Source: Acidimicrobiia bacterium (lineage in GTDB: Bacteria > Actinomycetota > Acidimicrobiia > IMCC26256 > PALSA-555). From it: a stretch of 64,000 nucleotides of DNA. The notes under the pieces were generated by a model. The model saw nothing but the letters and a program-made list of their open reading frames with translations, was not told where the DNA came from and ran no database searches. The first letter of the stretch is position 1, and each line of letters begins with the position of its first letter. Below, in pieces: positions 31,024 through 40,203 of the stretch. The translations under genes were made by a program, and so were the position numbers. The stretch is taken from positions 9,779 to 73,778 of the forward strand of contig JBBECS010000050.1 of the NCBI GenBank assembly GCA_040881685.1, written 5' to 3'.

Positions 31024-31090
31024 GCCAGCGCGAACGGAGCGAATGGAGCGAACGCACTGAGCGGGGTAGCGGAGTGGGAGCGAACAAAGG
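31024..31090 (+). repeat. Purine-rich intergenic segment with three GGAGCGAA(T/C) direct repeats
   Basis: GGAGCGAAT 31036, GGAGCGAAC 31045, GGAGCGAAC 31077, partial GCGAAC 31030. Confidence 0.55.
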
Positions 31091-31408
31091 GTGAAAGAGA
31101 TCCTCGACGACATCGACCGGTGGCGGGCCCTCGGACAGCGGGTCGCGGTGGCGCGCGTGGTCGGTCTCGATGGCTCTGGTCCGCGCGATCCCGGCGCCGC
31201 GATGGCGGTGAGCGAGAGCGGCGAGGTTGCCGGCTCGGTGTCCGGGGGTTGCGTCGAGGGCGCGGTCGTCACCGAGGCGCTCGCGGTCCTCGCAGGAACG
31301 CGCCCGCGTGGCGTCGTGTCGTTCGGCTACTCCGACGACGAGGCCTTCGCCGTCGGTCTCACGTGTGGCGGCACGATCCACGTGTTCGTCGAGCCCCTCG
31401 ACTGGTGA
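31091..31408 (+). CDS. XdhC/CoxI N-terminal domain protein
   Basis: GSGPRDPGAAM, GSVSGGCVEG, VGLTCGGTI. Confidence 0.88.
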   Translation: MKEILDDIDRWRALGQRVAVARVVGLDGSGPRDPGAAMAVSESGEVAGSVSGGCVEGAVVTEALAVLAGTRPRGVVSFGYSDDEAFAVGLTCGGTIHVFVEPLDW

Positions 31409-32214
31409 CCTCCGGCGCGGGCGATCCGGCGACTCCGGTCTTCCAAGCGCTCGAGGACGCCCTTCGCGCCGACGAGCCGGTTGCGTTGGCCACGGTGATC
31501 AACGGCAACGGCGTCGGCGCCAAGCTGCTCGTCACCCCCGGCGGCAAACCCATGGGTACCCTCGGAGATCCGGATCTCGATCGCGTCGTCACTCGCGATG
31601 CGCTCGGTGAGCTCGAAGCCGGGTTGACGGTGACCCGTCACTACGGCCCGCACGGTGAGGCACGCGAGCGTGACGTCGAAGTCTTCGTCGAGTCGTTCGT
31701 GCGCCAACCGCAGATGGTGATCTTCGGCGCAGTCGACTTCACCGCGGCGCTCGCTCGAGCGGCGAAGCTGCTCGGCTACCGCGTGACGGTCTGTGACGCG
31801 CGTGAGGTGTTCGCCACTCCCGCGCGCTTCCCGATGGCGGACGAGGTCGTGTGTGATTGGCCCGACCGTCACTTGAGCCGAATCGGTGACAACCTGGGAC
31901 CACGTGACGCGGTGTGCGTGCTGACCCATGACGCCAAGTTCGACGTGCCCGCCATCGTTGGTGCACTCGGCACGCGAGTCGGGTATCTCGGCGCGATGGG
32001 AAGTCGCTCGACGCATGCCAAGCGGGTCGTGCGACTGCGCGAGGTCGGGGTGACCGACGCGGAGCTGACGCGGGTCATGGCGCCGATCGGCCTCGATCTC
32101 GGGGCGCGAACACCTGAAGAGACGGCCGTCTCGATCTGCGCCGAGATCATCGCGACCCGCACGGGCCACGCGGCGCCATCGCTGCGCGACACCGACGGCC
32201 CGATCCACGCCTGA
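31405..32214 (+). CDS. XdhC/CoxF family protein (second CoxI-like domain plus Rossmann domain)
   Basis: IFGAVDF, VCDAREVFA, LTHDAKFD, YLGAMGSR, PIGLDLGARTPEETA; GTGA overlap with the upstream gene. Confidence 0.88.
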   Translation: MTSGAGDPATPVFQALEDALRADEPVALATVINGNGVGAKLLVTPGGKPMGTLGDPDLDRVVTRDALGELEAGLTVTRHYGPHGEARERDVEVFVESFVRQPQMVIFGAVDFTAALARAAKLLGYRVTVCDAREVFATPARFPMADEVVCDWPDRHLSRIGDNLGPRDAVCVLTHDAKFDVPAIVGALGTRVGYLGAMGSRSTHAKRVVRLREVGVTDAELTRVMAPIGLDLGARTPEETAVSICAEIIATRTGHAAPSLRDTDGPIHA

Positions 32215-32238
32215 GCCGCTCACATCAGGGGAGGAGCC

Positions 32239-32970
32239 ATGGACCTGGGCATCACCGGCCGCCGTGCCGCGGTCGCCGCGGCATCCCGCGGTCTCGGCCT
32301 CGCTTCGGCGGTGGCACTTGCCGCCGAAGGCGCACAGGTGGCGATCTGTGGCCGCGACCGAGGCGCGGTCGAAGCCGCCGCGTCCACGCATGATCTCGTG
32401 CCGCTCGTGGCCGACATGAGCACGCCCGACGGCGCTCGCGGATTCGTGCAGGCGACGAGAGAAGCGCTCGGCGGGATCGACATCCTGGTGCCGAACGCCG
32501 GTGGGCCGCTGCCGGGGCGGTTCGCGGACGTCTCCGACCTCGAGGAGTACACGCGTGCCTTCCAGCTCAACTGCCTCTCGACGATCGCGATGTGTGCAGA
32601 AGCGATCCCGGCCATGCAGGCACAGCAATGGGGACGAGTCGTGGCAATCACATCGATCGCCGTCCGCCAGCCGATGCCGCATCTCATCCTGTCGAACACC
32701 GCGCGCGCCGGCGTGACCGGATTCTTGAAGACGCTCGCTCGCGAGGTCGCACCCGACGGGATCACGGTGAACTCACTTCAACCCGGTCTGCACGACACGG
32801 AGAGACTGCGCGCGCTCGGTGGCGCGGACGCGTCCGGCATTCCAAGCGGAACGCTGGGTCAGCCGGCGGACTTCGGTGCGATCGTTGCGTTCGTGTGCTC
32901 CGAGCAAGCTCGCTCCCTCACGGGTGTGGCAATCCCTGTCGACGGCGGCGCATACGCCGGCCTGCAATAG
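32239..32970 (+). CDS. SDR family oxidoreductase
   Basis: AASRGLG, DILVPNAGGP, SNTARAG, VDGG. Confidence 0.9.
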   Translation: MDLGITGRRAAVAAASRGLGLASAVALAAEGAQVAICGRDRGAVEAAASTHDLVPLVADMSTPDGARGFVQATREALGGIDILVPNAGGPLPGRFADVSDLEEYTRAFQLNCLSTIAMCAEAIPAMQAQQWGRVVAITSIAVRQPMPHLILSNTARAGVTGFLKTLAREVAPDGITVNSLQPGLHDTERLRALGGADASGIPSGTLGQPADFGAIVAFVCSEQARSLTGVAIPVDGGAYAGLQ

Positions 32971-32994
32971 CCGTCACGTCACGCCGCAGCCAGA

Positions 32995-33633
32995 GTGGAA
33001 GAGCGCGATCAGCCGCCTACGCTGGCGATTGTGGACGATCGCCGGGTTCTCACGGTCCCGAACGCGATCTCGGTGATCCGGCTCCTCTGCGCACCGCTGT
33101 TCCTCTGGCTGCTCTTCGAGGCCGAGGAGCGCGCGGTTACGTTCGGCCTTCTCGCGGTCCTCGGCGCCACCGACTGGGTCGACGGTTGGATCGCCCGACG
33201 CTTCGACCAGGGCAGCCTCGTGGGGAAGGTGCTCGATCCCGTGGCCGACCGGATCCTCCTGCTCACCGCCGCGATCGCCTTGACCATCGACGGCGTGGTC
33301 CCCACCTGGGTGGGTGTGCTGGTCCTGGTCCGTGAGGCGCTCGTGAGCGCGGCCACGCTCGCGCTCGCCGTGGCCGGCGCAGCCAGGATCGATGTGCAAT
33401 GGGCCGGCAAAGCGGGCACGTTTGCATTGATGTTCGCGCTGCCCGGCTTCCTTCTCGTCGACGTGCTCGATCCCGGCACCGGTCGCGATGCGGCCCAAGT
33501 CACCACCTGGGTTGCCACGGCCGGGGGTCTCGTCCTCGGATACCTCGCAGTCGCGCAGTACGTGCCGATCGCTCGTGACGCGCTGCGCGCCGGTCGCAGT
33601 GCCCGCGCGGGCACGTCAGGAGCTGCGGTATGA
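32995..33633 (+). CDS. CDP-alcohol phosphatidyltransferase (PgsA2-like)
   Basis: TVPNAIS..R, TDWVDGWIAR, GKVLDPVADR. Confidence 0.92.
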   Translation: MEERDQPPTLAIVDDRRVLTVPNAISVIRLLCAPLFLWLLFEAEERAVTFGLLAVLGATDWVDGWIARRFDQGSLVGKVLDPVADRILLLTAAIALTIDGVVPTWVGVLVLVREALVSAATLALAVAGAARIDVQWAGKAGTFALMFALPGFLLVDVLDPGTGRDAAQVTTWVATAGGLVLGYLAVAQYVPIARDALRAGRSARAGTSGAAV

Positions 33634-33636
33634 AGA

Positions 33637-33698
33637 CCGAGCAGCCGACCGTCCCGCAGGGCGGCAGCGGGTATCCCGCTGCCGAGGGAGCGCGACCA
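33637..33698 (+). repeat. 62-bp structured intergenic element, copy A
   Basis: CCGAGCAGCCGA-N11-GG-CGGCAGCGGG-TAT-CCCGCTGCCG-AGGGAGCGCGACCA; matches copy B at 41259. Confidence 0.75.
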
Positions 33699-36193
33699 TG
33701 AAAGCCGTCATCCTCGCCGGGGGAGAAGGCACGCGGTTGCGTCCGCTCACGAGCAACCAGCCGAAGCCGATGATCCCCCTCGTCAACCGTCCGCTGATGG
33801 AGCACATCGTGACGCTCCTGGCTCGCCACGGCTTCGACGACGTTGTGGTGACCGTCGCGTACCTCGCCAACCAGATCCGTGACTACTTCGGCGACGGCTC
33901 CGACTTCGGGCCCCGCATGCGCTACGCGACCGATGAGACACCCCTCGGCACTGCAGGCTCGGTCCGCAACGCCGCCTCCGAGCTCGACGACACGTTTCTG
34001 GTCATCTCCGGCGACGTGCTCACCGACATCGATCTCACCGGGTTCATCAAGGCACATCGTGAGAGTGGGGCCACCGCGTCGATCGCACTCATGCGCGTCG
34101 AGGATCCGCTGGAGTTCGGGATCGTCATCACGCGCCCCGACGGCAGCGTGGAGCGGTTCCTCGAGAAGCCGAGCTGGGGCCAGGTCTTCTCCGACACCAT
34201 CAACACCGGGATCTACGTGCTCGAGCCCGAGATCTTCGACCTGATCCCAGAGGGCGAGGTCGTGGACTTCGCCCAAGACGTGTTCCCCGCAGCGCTCGAC
34301 AAGGGCCTTCGGATCCACGGCCATGTCGTCGACGGCTATTGGGAGGACATCGGCACCACCGACGCGTACCTGCGCGCGCACGCCGATGTGCTCGACGGCC
34401 GGGTCAAGGTCGACATCACCGGCTTCGAGATGAGCAAGGGGGTCTGGCTGGGCGAGGGCGCAGAGATTGATCCCGCCGCCGTGGTCGAGGGTCCGGCCGT
34501 CATCGGCGACAACTGCAAGATCGAAGCCGGAGCGAGGATCAGCGAGTACACCGTGCTCGGCACCGACGTGGTCATAAAGAACGACGCGACCCTCGAGCGT
34601 GCGCTCTGTCACGACCACGTCTACATCGGGCGCAACGCCCGGCTCCGCGGTTGTGTCATCGGACGGTCCACCGACCTGCGCGGCCATGCTCGCCTGGAGG
34701 AAGGCGTCGTGGTCGGCGACGAGTGTTTCATCGGCGAGCACGCGGTCGTCAACGCCGGCGTGCGGATCTACTCCTTCAAGACGGTTGAAGCCGAAGCCGT
34801 CGTCAACTCCTCGATCGTTTGGGAAAGTCGCGGTGCCCGAACCTTGTTCGGTCGACGGGGCGTACGAGGGCTCGCAAACGTCGACATCACGCCGGAGGTC
34901 GCGGTGCGCTTGGCCATGGCGTACGGCACCGCACTCAAACGGGGCTCGACGGTCACGACGAGCCGGGACACCAGCCGTGCGGCCCGTGCGCTGAAGCGTG
35001 CGGTGATCGGTGGCTTAAACCTTGCCGGAGCGAACGTCGAGGACGTCGAGCTCGCGACCGTCCCGGTCACCCGCTTTCAGGTTCGCAACAGCCAGGCGCG
35101 CGGTGGCATCACCGTCCGCCTCGACGCCGACGATCCAGACAGCGTCGAGATACGGATCTTCGACGCGGATGGGCGCGACATCGACGAAGGGATGCAACGA
35201 AAGCTCGAGCGGCTCCTCGCGCGCGAGGACTACCGACGTGCGTTCGCAGGGGACATCGGCGACATCGTGTACCCGCCGCGCTCGATCGAGTTCTACACGG
35301 CCGCCCTCGCGCGCTCCGTCAACGCCGAGAAGCTGCACGAACGCGCCTTCAAAGTGGTGCTCGACTACTCGTACGGCGCGGCGTCGATCGTGATGCCGTC
35401 GGTGCTGGCAAAGCTCGGCGTGGACGCGCTCGCGATCAATCCTTACGCCAGCACCGCCGCGAGCTCCGCCACCGAGCTTGACCAGCAGGTCGTCCGCATC
35501 GCCGAGCTCGTTCGCGCATCGGGAAGTCACCTCGGCTGCGTGATCTCGCCCGACGGAGAGACGATCGCCCTGGTGGACGACGAAGGTCACGCACTCTCAC
35601 GCACCGAGGCGCTCCTGGCGCTCGTCACCCTCGTGGCCGAAGCCCGCCCGCACGCCCGCATCGCGCTGCCGGTATCCGTCACACAAGCAGCCGAGCACCT
35701 CGCGATGGCGCACGGCGGGGAGGTCGTGTGGACCAAGCGCTCCGATACTCACCTCATGGAGGTGGCCGCGCTCGGTGACATCGCCTTCGCCGCATCGCCG
35801 GAGGGCGGGTTCATCTGGCCGGAGTTCCTCCCGGCCTACGACGCCTCGGCATCACTCGCGCATGTGCTCGACCTGCTCGCGACGACCGGTCGAACCCTCT
35901 CGACCGTCGTCAAAGAGCTCCCACGGGTGCACGTCGCGCACGAGACGGTGCCGACAGCCTGGGAACGGAAGGGCGCGGTGATGCGTGAGCTCGTCGAGCT
36001 CCTGACGCGTGATGCCGAGCACGAGTTCCTCCTCGTCGATGGCGTCAAGGTCCTGCGCCCGGACGGCTGGGCGCTGGTGATGCCCGATCTCGAGCAGCCG
36101 ACCACGCACGTCTGGGCCGAGGCCGAGAATGACGAGGCGGCCCACCGTCTCGCGCACGACTACGCGCTCGTGATTCGCCAGCTGCTTCGCTGA
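33698..36193 (+). CDS. Mannose-1-phosphate guanylyltransferase fused to a phosphomannomutase-like module
   Basis: ILAGGEGTRLRPLT..PKPM, hexapeptide repeats, LFGRRGVRG. Confidence 0.9.
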   Translation: MKAVILAGGEGTRLRPLTSNQPKPMIPLVNRPLMEHIVTLLARHGFDDVVVTVAYLANQIRDYFGDGSDFGPRMRYATDETPLGTAGSVRNAASELDDTFLVISGDVLTDIDLTGFIKAHRESGATASIALMRVEDPLEFGIVITRPDGSVERFLEKPSWGQVFSDTINTGIYVLEPEIFDLIPEGEVVDFAQDVFPAALDKGLRIHGHVVDGYWEDIGTTDAYLRAHADVLDGRVKVDITGFEMSKGVWLGEGAEIDPAAVVEGPAVIGDNCKIEAGARISEYTVLGTDVVIKNDATLERALCHDHVYIGRNARLRGCVIGRSTDLRGHARLEEGVVVGDECFIGEHAVVNAGVRIYSFKTVEAEAVVNSSIVWESRGARTLFGRRGVRGLANVDITPEVAVRLAMAYGTALKRGSTVTTSRDTSRAARALKRAVIGGLNLAGANVEDVELATVPVTRFQVRNSQARGGITVRLDADDPDSVEIRIFDADGRDIDEGMQRKLERLLAREDYRRAFAGDIGDIVYPPRSIEFYTAALARSVNAEKLHERAFKVVLDYSYGAASIVMPSVLAKLGVDALAINPYASTAASSATELDQQVVRIAELVRASGSHLGCVISPDGETIALVDDEGHALSRTEALLALVTLVAEARPHARIALPVSVTQAAEHLAMAHGGEVVWTKRSDTHLMEVAALGDIAFAASPEGGFIWPEFLPAYDASASLAHVLDLLATTGRTLSTVVKELPRVHVAHETVPTAWERKGAVMRELVELLTRDAEHEFLLVDGVKVLRPDGWALVMPDLEQPTTHVWAEAENDEAAHRLAHDYALVIRQLLR

Positions 36194-36233
36194 GCCACCT
36201 ACGATGCGCCGACCCTGACACCGGAGTGGAGCA

Positions 36234-36617
36234 ATGGAGTTTCCCGACAACCTGAGGTACAGCAAGGAGCACGAGTGGGTCGCGGTCGACGGCTCGCGTG
36301 CGCGCGTCGGGATCACGGACTATGCGCAGGACGCGCTCGGCGACATCGTCTACGTGCAGCTCCCGACGGTCGGCAAGGCAGTCGAAGCGATGGCCACGTG
36401 CGCCGAGGTCGAGTCCACGAAGTCCGTCTCCGACATCTACGCGCCGGTGTCGGGAACCATCACAGCGGTGAACGAAGCGCTCAACGATTCTCCGGAGCTC
36501 GTCAACCAGGAGCCCTACGGGGTGGGTTGGATCTTCGAAGTTGATCTGAGCGATCCGTCTCAGATCGACTCCCTGCTCGACGCGAGGGCATACCGCGCGT
36601 TGGTTGAGAGCGGTTGA
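36234..36617 (+). CDS. gcvH: Glycine cleavage system H protein
   Basis: [25 protein letters not shown] (lipoyl Lys). Confidence 0.97.
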   Translation: MEFPDNLRYSKEHEWVAVDGSRARVGITDYAQDALGDIVYVQLPTVGKAVEAMATCAEVESTKSVSDIYAPVSGTITAVNEALNDSPELVNQEPYGVGWIFEVDLSDPSQIDSLLDARAYRALVESG

Positions 36618-37375
36618 CCACTCGCGACCATCGACCACCCGCGGGTGCGCCTCGCTGGCGCTTGATCGACGACATCGGTAGCGACGCGTCCACCGATCAC
36701 ATGCGGACCGATGTCGAGCTGCTCGAGCAGGTCGTTGCCGATGGACAGCCAGCGTTGCGCCTGTACACTTGGTCCGAGCCGACGCTGTCACTCGGCCGGT
36801 TCCAGGACCGCGCGGATGTCGACGAGGCCGCCTGCGAAGAGCTCGGTGTTCGCATCGTGCGCCGCCCGACCGGCGGAGCCGCGCTCCTGCATGGCGCCGA
36901 CCTCACCTACTCGGTTTCGCTGTCGCTTCCTTCGGGTGCGGACGGTGGTGTGCGCGCCGTCTACGACGTGATCGCACGAGCGCTGATCGCCGGCCTCGAG
37001 CTCATCGGCGTCACCGCGGCGATCGCCCGAAACGACGGGCCGCCAGGAGCAGTGTGCTTCGCCGGGCAACAGGGAGCCGACCTGCGGGTCGGCGATCGCA
37101 AGGTGTGTGGATCGGCACAGGTACGACGCGACGGCGCCGTCCTTCAGCACGGTTCGATCCTGCTACGACGTCTCGAGATCGACGAGTGTGACGTCGTTCG
37201 CACCGACTGCGACCATGACGCGCTCCTCCGCGCGACGGTCACGCTCGAGGAGCTCGCCGCGCCGAGTGATCCGCGCTCGGTTGCCGACGCGATCGTGAAG
37301 GGTTTCGCCAGATCCCTGCCCGTTTCCTTCGACCCTGCAGTGCTTGTGCCGCAGCGTTCCTACGCGCAGCATTGA
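36614..37375 (+). CDS. Lipoate-protein ligase / LipM-like octanoyltransferase
   Basis: [31 protein letters not shown]. Confidence 0.85.
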   Translation: MTTRDHRPPAGAPRWRLIDDIGSDASTDHMRTDVELLEQVVADGQPALRLYTWSEPTLSLGRFQDRADVDEAACEELGVRIVRRPTGGAALLHGADLTYSVSLSLPSGADGGVRAVYDVIARALIAGLELIGVTAAIARNDGPPGAVCFAGQQGADLRVGDRKVCGSAQVRRDGAVLQHGSILLRRLEIDECDVVRTDCDHDALLRATVTLEELAAPSDPRSVADAIVKGFARSLPVSFDPAVLVPQRSYAQH

Positions 37376-37408
37376 TGCAACCGGGCTCGCGTCGGTACCC
37401 TTGTAAGG

Positions 37409-37882
37409 GTGCGTTGTCGGCGCTGTGGCCACGAGAACGAAGTCGAGGCGAATTTCTGCTCGTCATGCGGTGAGCCGCTCGGCGAAGAGGACACCACCGT
37501 CTCCTTGGAGCTGATCGAAGGACGTCGCGCCCTCGAGCAGGAGATCGGGCACCTGCTCGATCAGCTCGCAGACGGAATGGGGATGCTCATCGTGCGGCGC
37601 GGACCCAATGCCGGGAGCACCTTCGTGCTCGCCTCGGACAACACGACGCTCGGTCGAGACCCGGAGTCCGACATCTTCCTCGATGACGTCACCGTGTCAC
37701 GTCATCACGCCGTCATCGAGCGCGAAGAGGGCCACTACGAGGTCCGCGACGCGGGGTCGCTCAACGGTACCTACGTCGACCGCGAGCGCATCGAGACGTC
37801 CAAGCTCGGCGACATGAGCGAGCTCCAGGTGGGGCGATTCGTACTCACGTTCGTGGTCGGCGGCTCGGGGGAGCAGGCATGA
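37409..37882 (+). CDS. Zinc-ribbon + FHA domain protein (GarA/OdhI-like)
   Basis: [39 protein letters not shown]. Confidence 0.9.
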   Translation: MRCRRCGHENEVEANFCSSCGEPLGEEDTTVSLELIEGRRALEQEIGHLLDQLADGMGMLIVRRGPNAGSTFVLASDNTTLGRDPESDIFLDDVTVSRHHAVIEREEGHYEVRDAGSLNGTYVDRERIETSKLGDMSELQVGRFVLTFVVGGSGEQA

Positions 37883-38934
37883 CCACCGAAGCCACCGCGA
37901 GCTCAGGCGCGCACCTGTCGATCGGCGAGGTGCTCGATCAGCTGCGCAGCGAGTTCCCCGACGTCACGATCTCGAAGATCCGATTTCTCGAGAGTCAGGG
38001 CCTCATCGACCCCGAGCGCACACCGTCAGGTTACCGACGGTTCTACCCACCCGACCTGCAGCGACTGCGTTGGATCCTCGTGCAGCAGCGCGATCACTTC
38101 TTGCCGCTCCGTGTGATCAAGGAGCGACTCGACGCGTTCGGGCCGAACGGTGCGCCCCGCATCGGCTCTGCCAACGGGGGCTCGCAGCCACCATCCACTG
38201 GCACGACGGCGACCCGACCCGTGTCGACGTCGCCCGGTGTCGCACCAGCACCGAGCACCCCTTCACCGCCCCAGACCGCACCGGCCGCGACCGCGCCGAG
38301 CACTTCCACTGCTTCGAGCGCGCCCGCGCCGGCCGCACGTCCACCCGCGCCGGCTACGCCCGTCGCCCCGCGTCCGACATCACCACCAGGGCCACAAGCC
38401 CAACCGTCGTCACCGCCGCGGCCGCAGGGTCCGCCGTCGTCACCCCCACGCGCACCGCGATTGCCGCTCGCCGAGCTCGACGATCACATCGACACCGAGG
38501 ACGACGAGGAGCAGGTCGGCAGCATCCGCAACGGGCGCGACGTCGCAACGTCGACCGACCTGACACGCGGCGAGCTCCTCGAGGCGACCGGACTCACGAA
38601 CCCGCAGCTCGACGCGCTCGAGTCCTTCGGAATCATCGTGGCGATGCGGTCCGACGACGACATCGACCGGTACGACGACGAGATGCTCGCCGTCGCCGAG
38701 CTCGCCGTCGGCTGCTACCGGCGGGGGATCGAGCCTCGGCACCTGAAGATGTACTGGCACTTCGCCCAGCGCGAAGCCGCGCTGTTCACCCAAGTGCTGC
38801 TGCCGTACGTCAAGCAGCGCAACCCGGCGTCGCGCGCCAAGCTCCAGGGCGAGCTGGAGGAGCTGGCTCGGCTGGGGCGTCGGCTGCGGACTGCGATGCT
38901 CAGGCGCGCGTTGCGCAGCACGCTCGCGGAGTGA
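37879..38934 (+). CDS. MerR-family regulator (Rv1828/FtsR-like) with a long Pro-rich linker
   Basis: [30 protein letters not shown]; C-terminal GIEPRHL. Confidence 0.88.
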   Translation: MTTEATASSGAHLSIGEVLDQLRSEFPDVTISKIRFLESQGLIDPERTPSGYRRFYPPDLQRLRWILVQQRDHFLPLRVIKERLDAFGPNGAPRIGSANGGSQPPSTGTTATRPVSTSPGVAPAPSTPSPPQTAPAATAPSTSTASSAPAPAARPPAPATPVAPRPTSPPGPQAQPSSPPRPQGPPSSPPRAPRLPLAELDDHIDTEDDEEQVGSIRNGRDVATSTDLTRGELLEATGLTNPQLDALESFGIIVAMRSDDDIDRYDDEMLAVAELAVGCYRRGIEPRHLKMYWHFAQREAALFTQVLLPYVKQRNPASRAKLQGELEELARLGRRLRTAMLRRALRSTLAE

Positions 38935-39557
38935 CTCAGCGCCAAGGCGCAGAGCCGGTCACCATCCTCGACGAGTCGGAGCTCGCCGAGTGCGCCGAAC
39001 GCCTCGCCGCCGCGATCACGGCCGACCATCCAGAGGGTGTCGTGCTCGTCGGCGTGCTGAAGGGCGCGCTCGTGTTCCTCGCCGACCTGGTGCGCCGAAT
39101 GCGCGGGATCGACGTGTGTGTCGACTTCCTTGCCATCTCGCGCTACGCGCCCGACTCCGGTCGGGTACGTCTGCTCAAGGATCTCGATCTCGACGTCACC
39201 GATCGTGACGTCGTCCTCGTCGAGGACCTCGTCGACACCGGACTCACGGTCGCGTACCTCGTCGAGCACCTCAACGTGCGCGGCGCGCGTCGAGTGGACA
39301 TCTGCACACTGCTTGATCGCAGCGAACGGCGCATCGTCCCGGTGCCGGTCCGCTATGTGGGCCTCGAGATCCCCGGGGATGCGTACGTGCTCGGCTACGG
39401 CCTGCATCACGGCGAGCAGTACCGGAACCTGCCGATGATCGTGCGAGCAGATCCGGCGACGCTCGCGTCCCATCCCGACGCGTACCTGTCGCTGTATCCC
39501 GGTCCTGAACCGGCGAGACCAGGGTCTAGGGTGACCGCGAGGAGGACTACGCCGTGA
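38931..39557 (+). CDS. hpt: Hypoxanthine phosphoribosyltransferase-like protein (divergent)
   Basis: [37 protein letters not shown]. Confidence 0.8.
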   Translation: MTQRQGAEPVTILDESELAECAERLAAAITADHPEGVVLVGVLKGALVFLADLVRRMRGIDVCVDFLAISRYAPDSGRVRLLKDLDLDVTDRDVVLVEDLVDTGLTVAYLVEHLNVRGARRVDICTLLDRSERRIVPVPVRYVGLEIPGDAYVLGYGLHHGEQYRNLPMIVRADPATLASHPDAYLSLYPGPEPARPGSRVTARRTTP

Positions 39558-40057
39558 TCCAGATGTCACTGGTGGGTGTCCGGGTCGAGGTCCCCACGAA
39601 CCAGCCGATCGTGCTTCTCCGCGAGGAGGAGGGGCAGCGCTACCTGCCGATCTTCATCGGCCCGCCCGAGGCGACTGCGATCGTCTACGCGCTCCAGGGG
39701 ATGGAAACACCGCGGCCGATGACCCACGACCTGTTCAAGGCCGTGCTCGACGACCTCGCCGTCGAGCTCCAACGAGTCGTGATCACCGAGCTCCACGACG
39801 GCACCTTCTACGCCGAGATCGAGCTCGGCGGGAACGGCGAGACCCGCCGCATCTCGTCCCGCCCGTCGGACGCGCTCGCGCTCGCCGCGAGGTACCCGGA
39901 GCCGGTGCCGATCTTCGCCGCCGAGGCAGTGCTCGAAGAGGCCGGCATCCTGTTCGACCAGGACGAGGAAGAGGCCCAGATCGAGGAGTTCCGGGAGTTC
40001 CTCAACCAGGTCCAACCCGAGGACTTCGCCTCCGGGGAAGGCGGCTCACCGGGCTGA
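39554..40057 (+). CDS. Bifunctional nuclease family protein (DUF151, Rv1829-like)
   Basis: LPIFIG..EA, RPMTHDL, GTFYA, SRPSDALAL. Confidence 0.92.
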   Translation: MIQMSLVGVRVEVPTNQPIVLLREEEGQRYLPIFIGPPEATAIVYALQGMETPRPMTHDLFKAVLDDLAVELQRVVITELHDGTFYAEIELGGNGETRRISSRPSDALALAARYPEPVPIFAAEAVLEEAGILFDQDEEEAQIEEFREFLNQVQPEDFASGEGGSPG

Positions 40058-40087
40058 TCGGCCTGACCTGGCTCCGGACCGAAACCG

Positions 40088-40116
40088 TTGACTCTCAGGC
40101 GGACGAGGAGTAGCGT
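40088..40116 (+). promoter_or_regulatory. SigA-type promoter
   Basis: TTGACT-N17-TAGCGT upstream of the MerR gene. Confidence 0.7.
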
Positions 40117-40203
40117 CACATGGCCGTAACTACGCCTGTGTGACTCCCTGAGGCCCGCCCCGCGGGCCCGAGCCACCGGGGATGCGACCGGGAGGCGGCC
40201 TCG

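Noticed and set aside
31091-32214. XdhC pseudogene by frameshift
   Set aside because: The break is a clean GTGA stop/start overlap at a domain boundary, and both parts keep their motifs.
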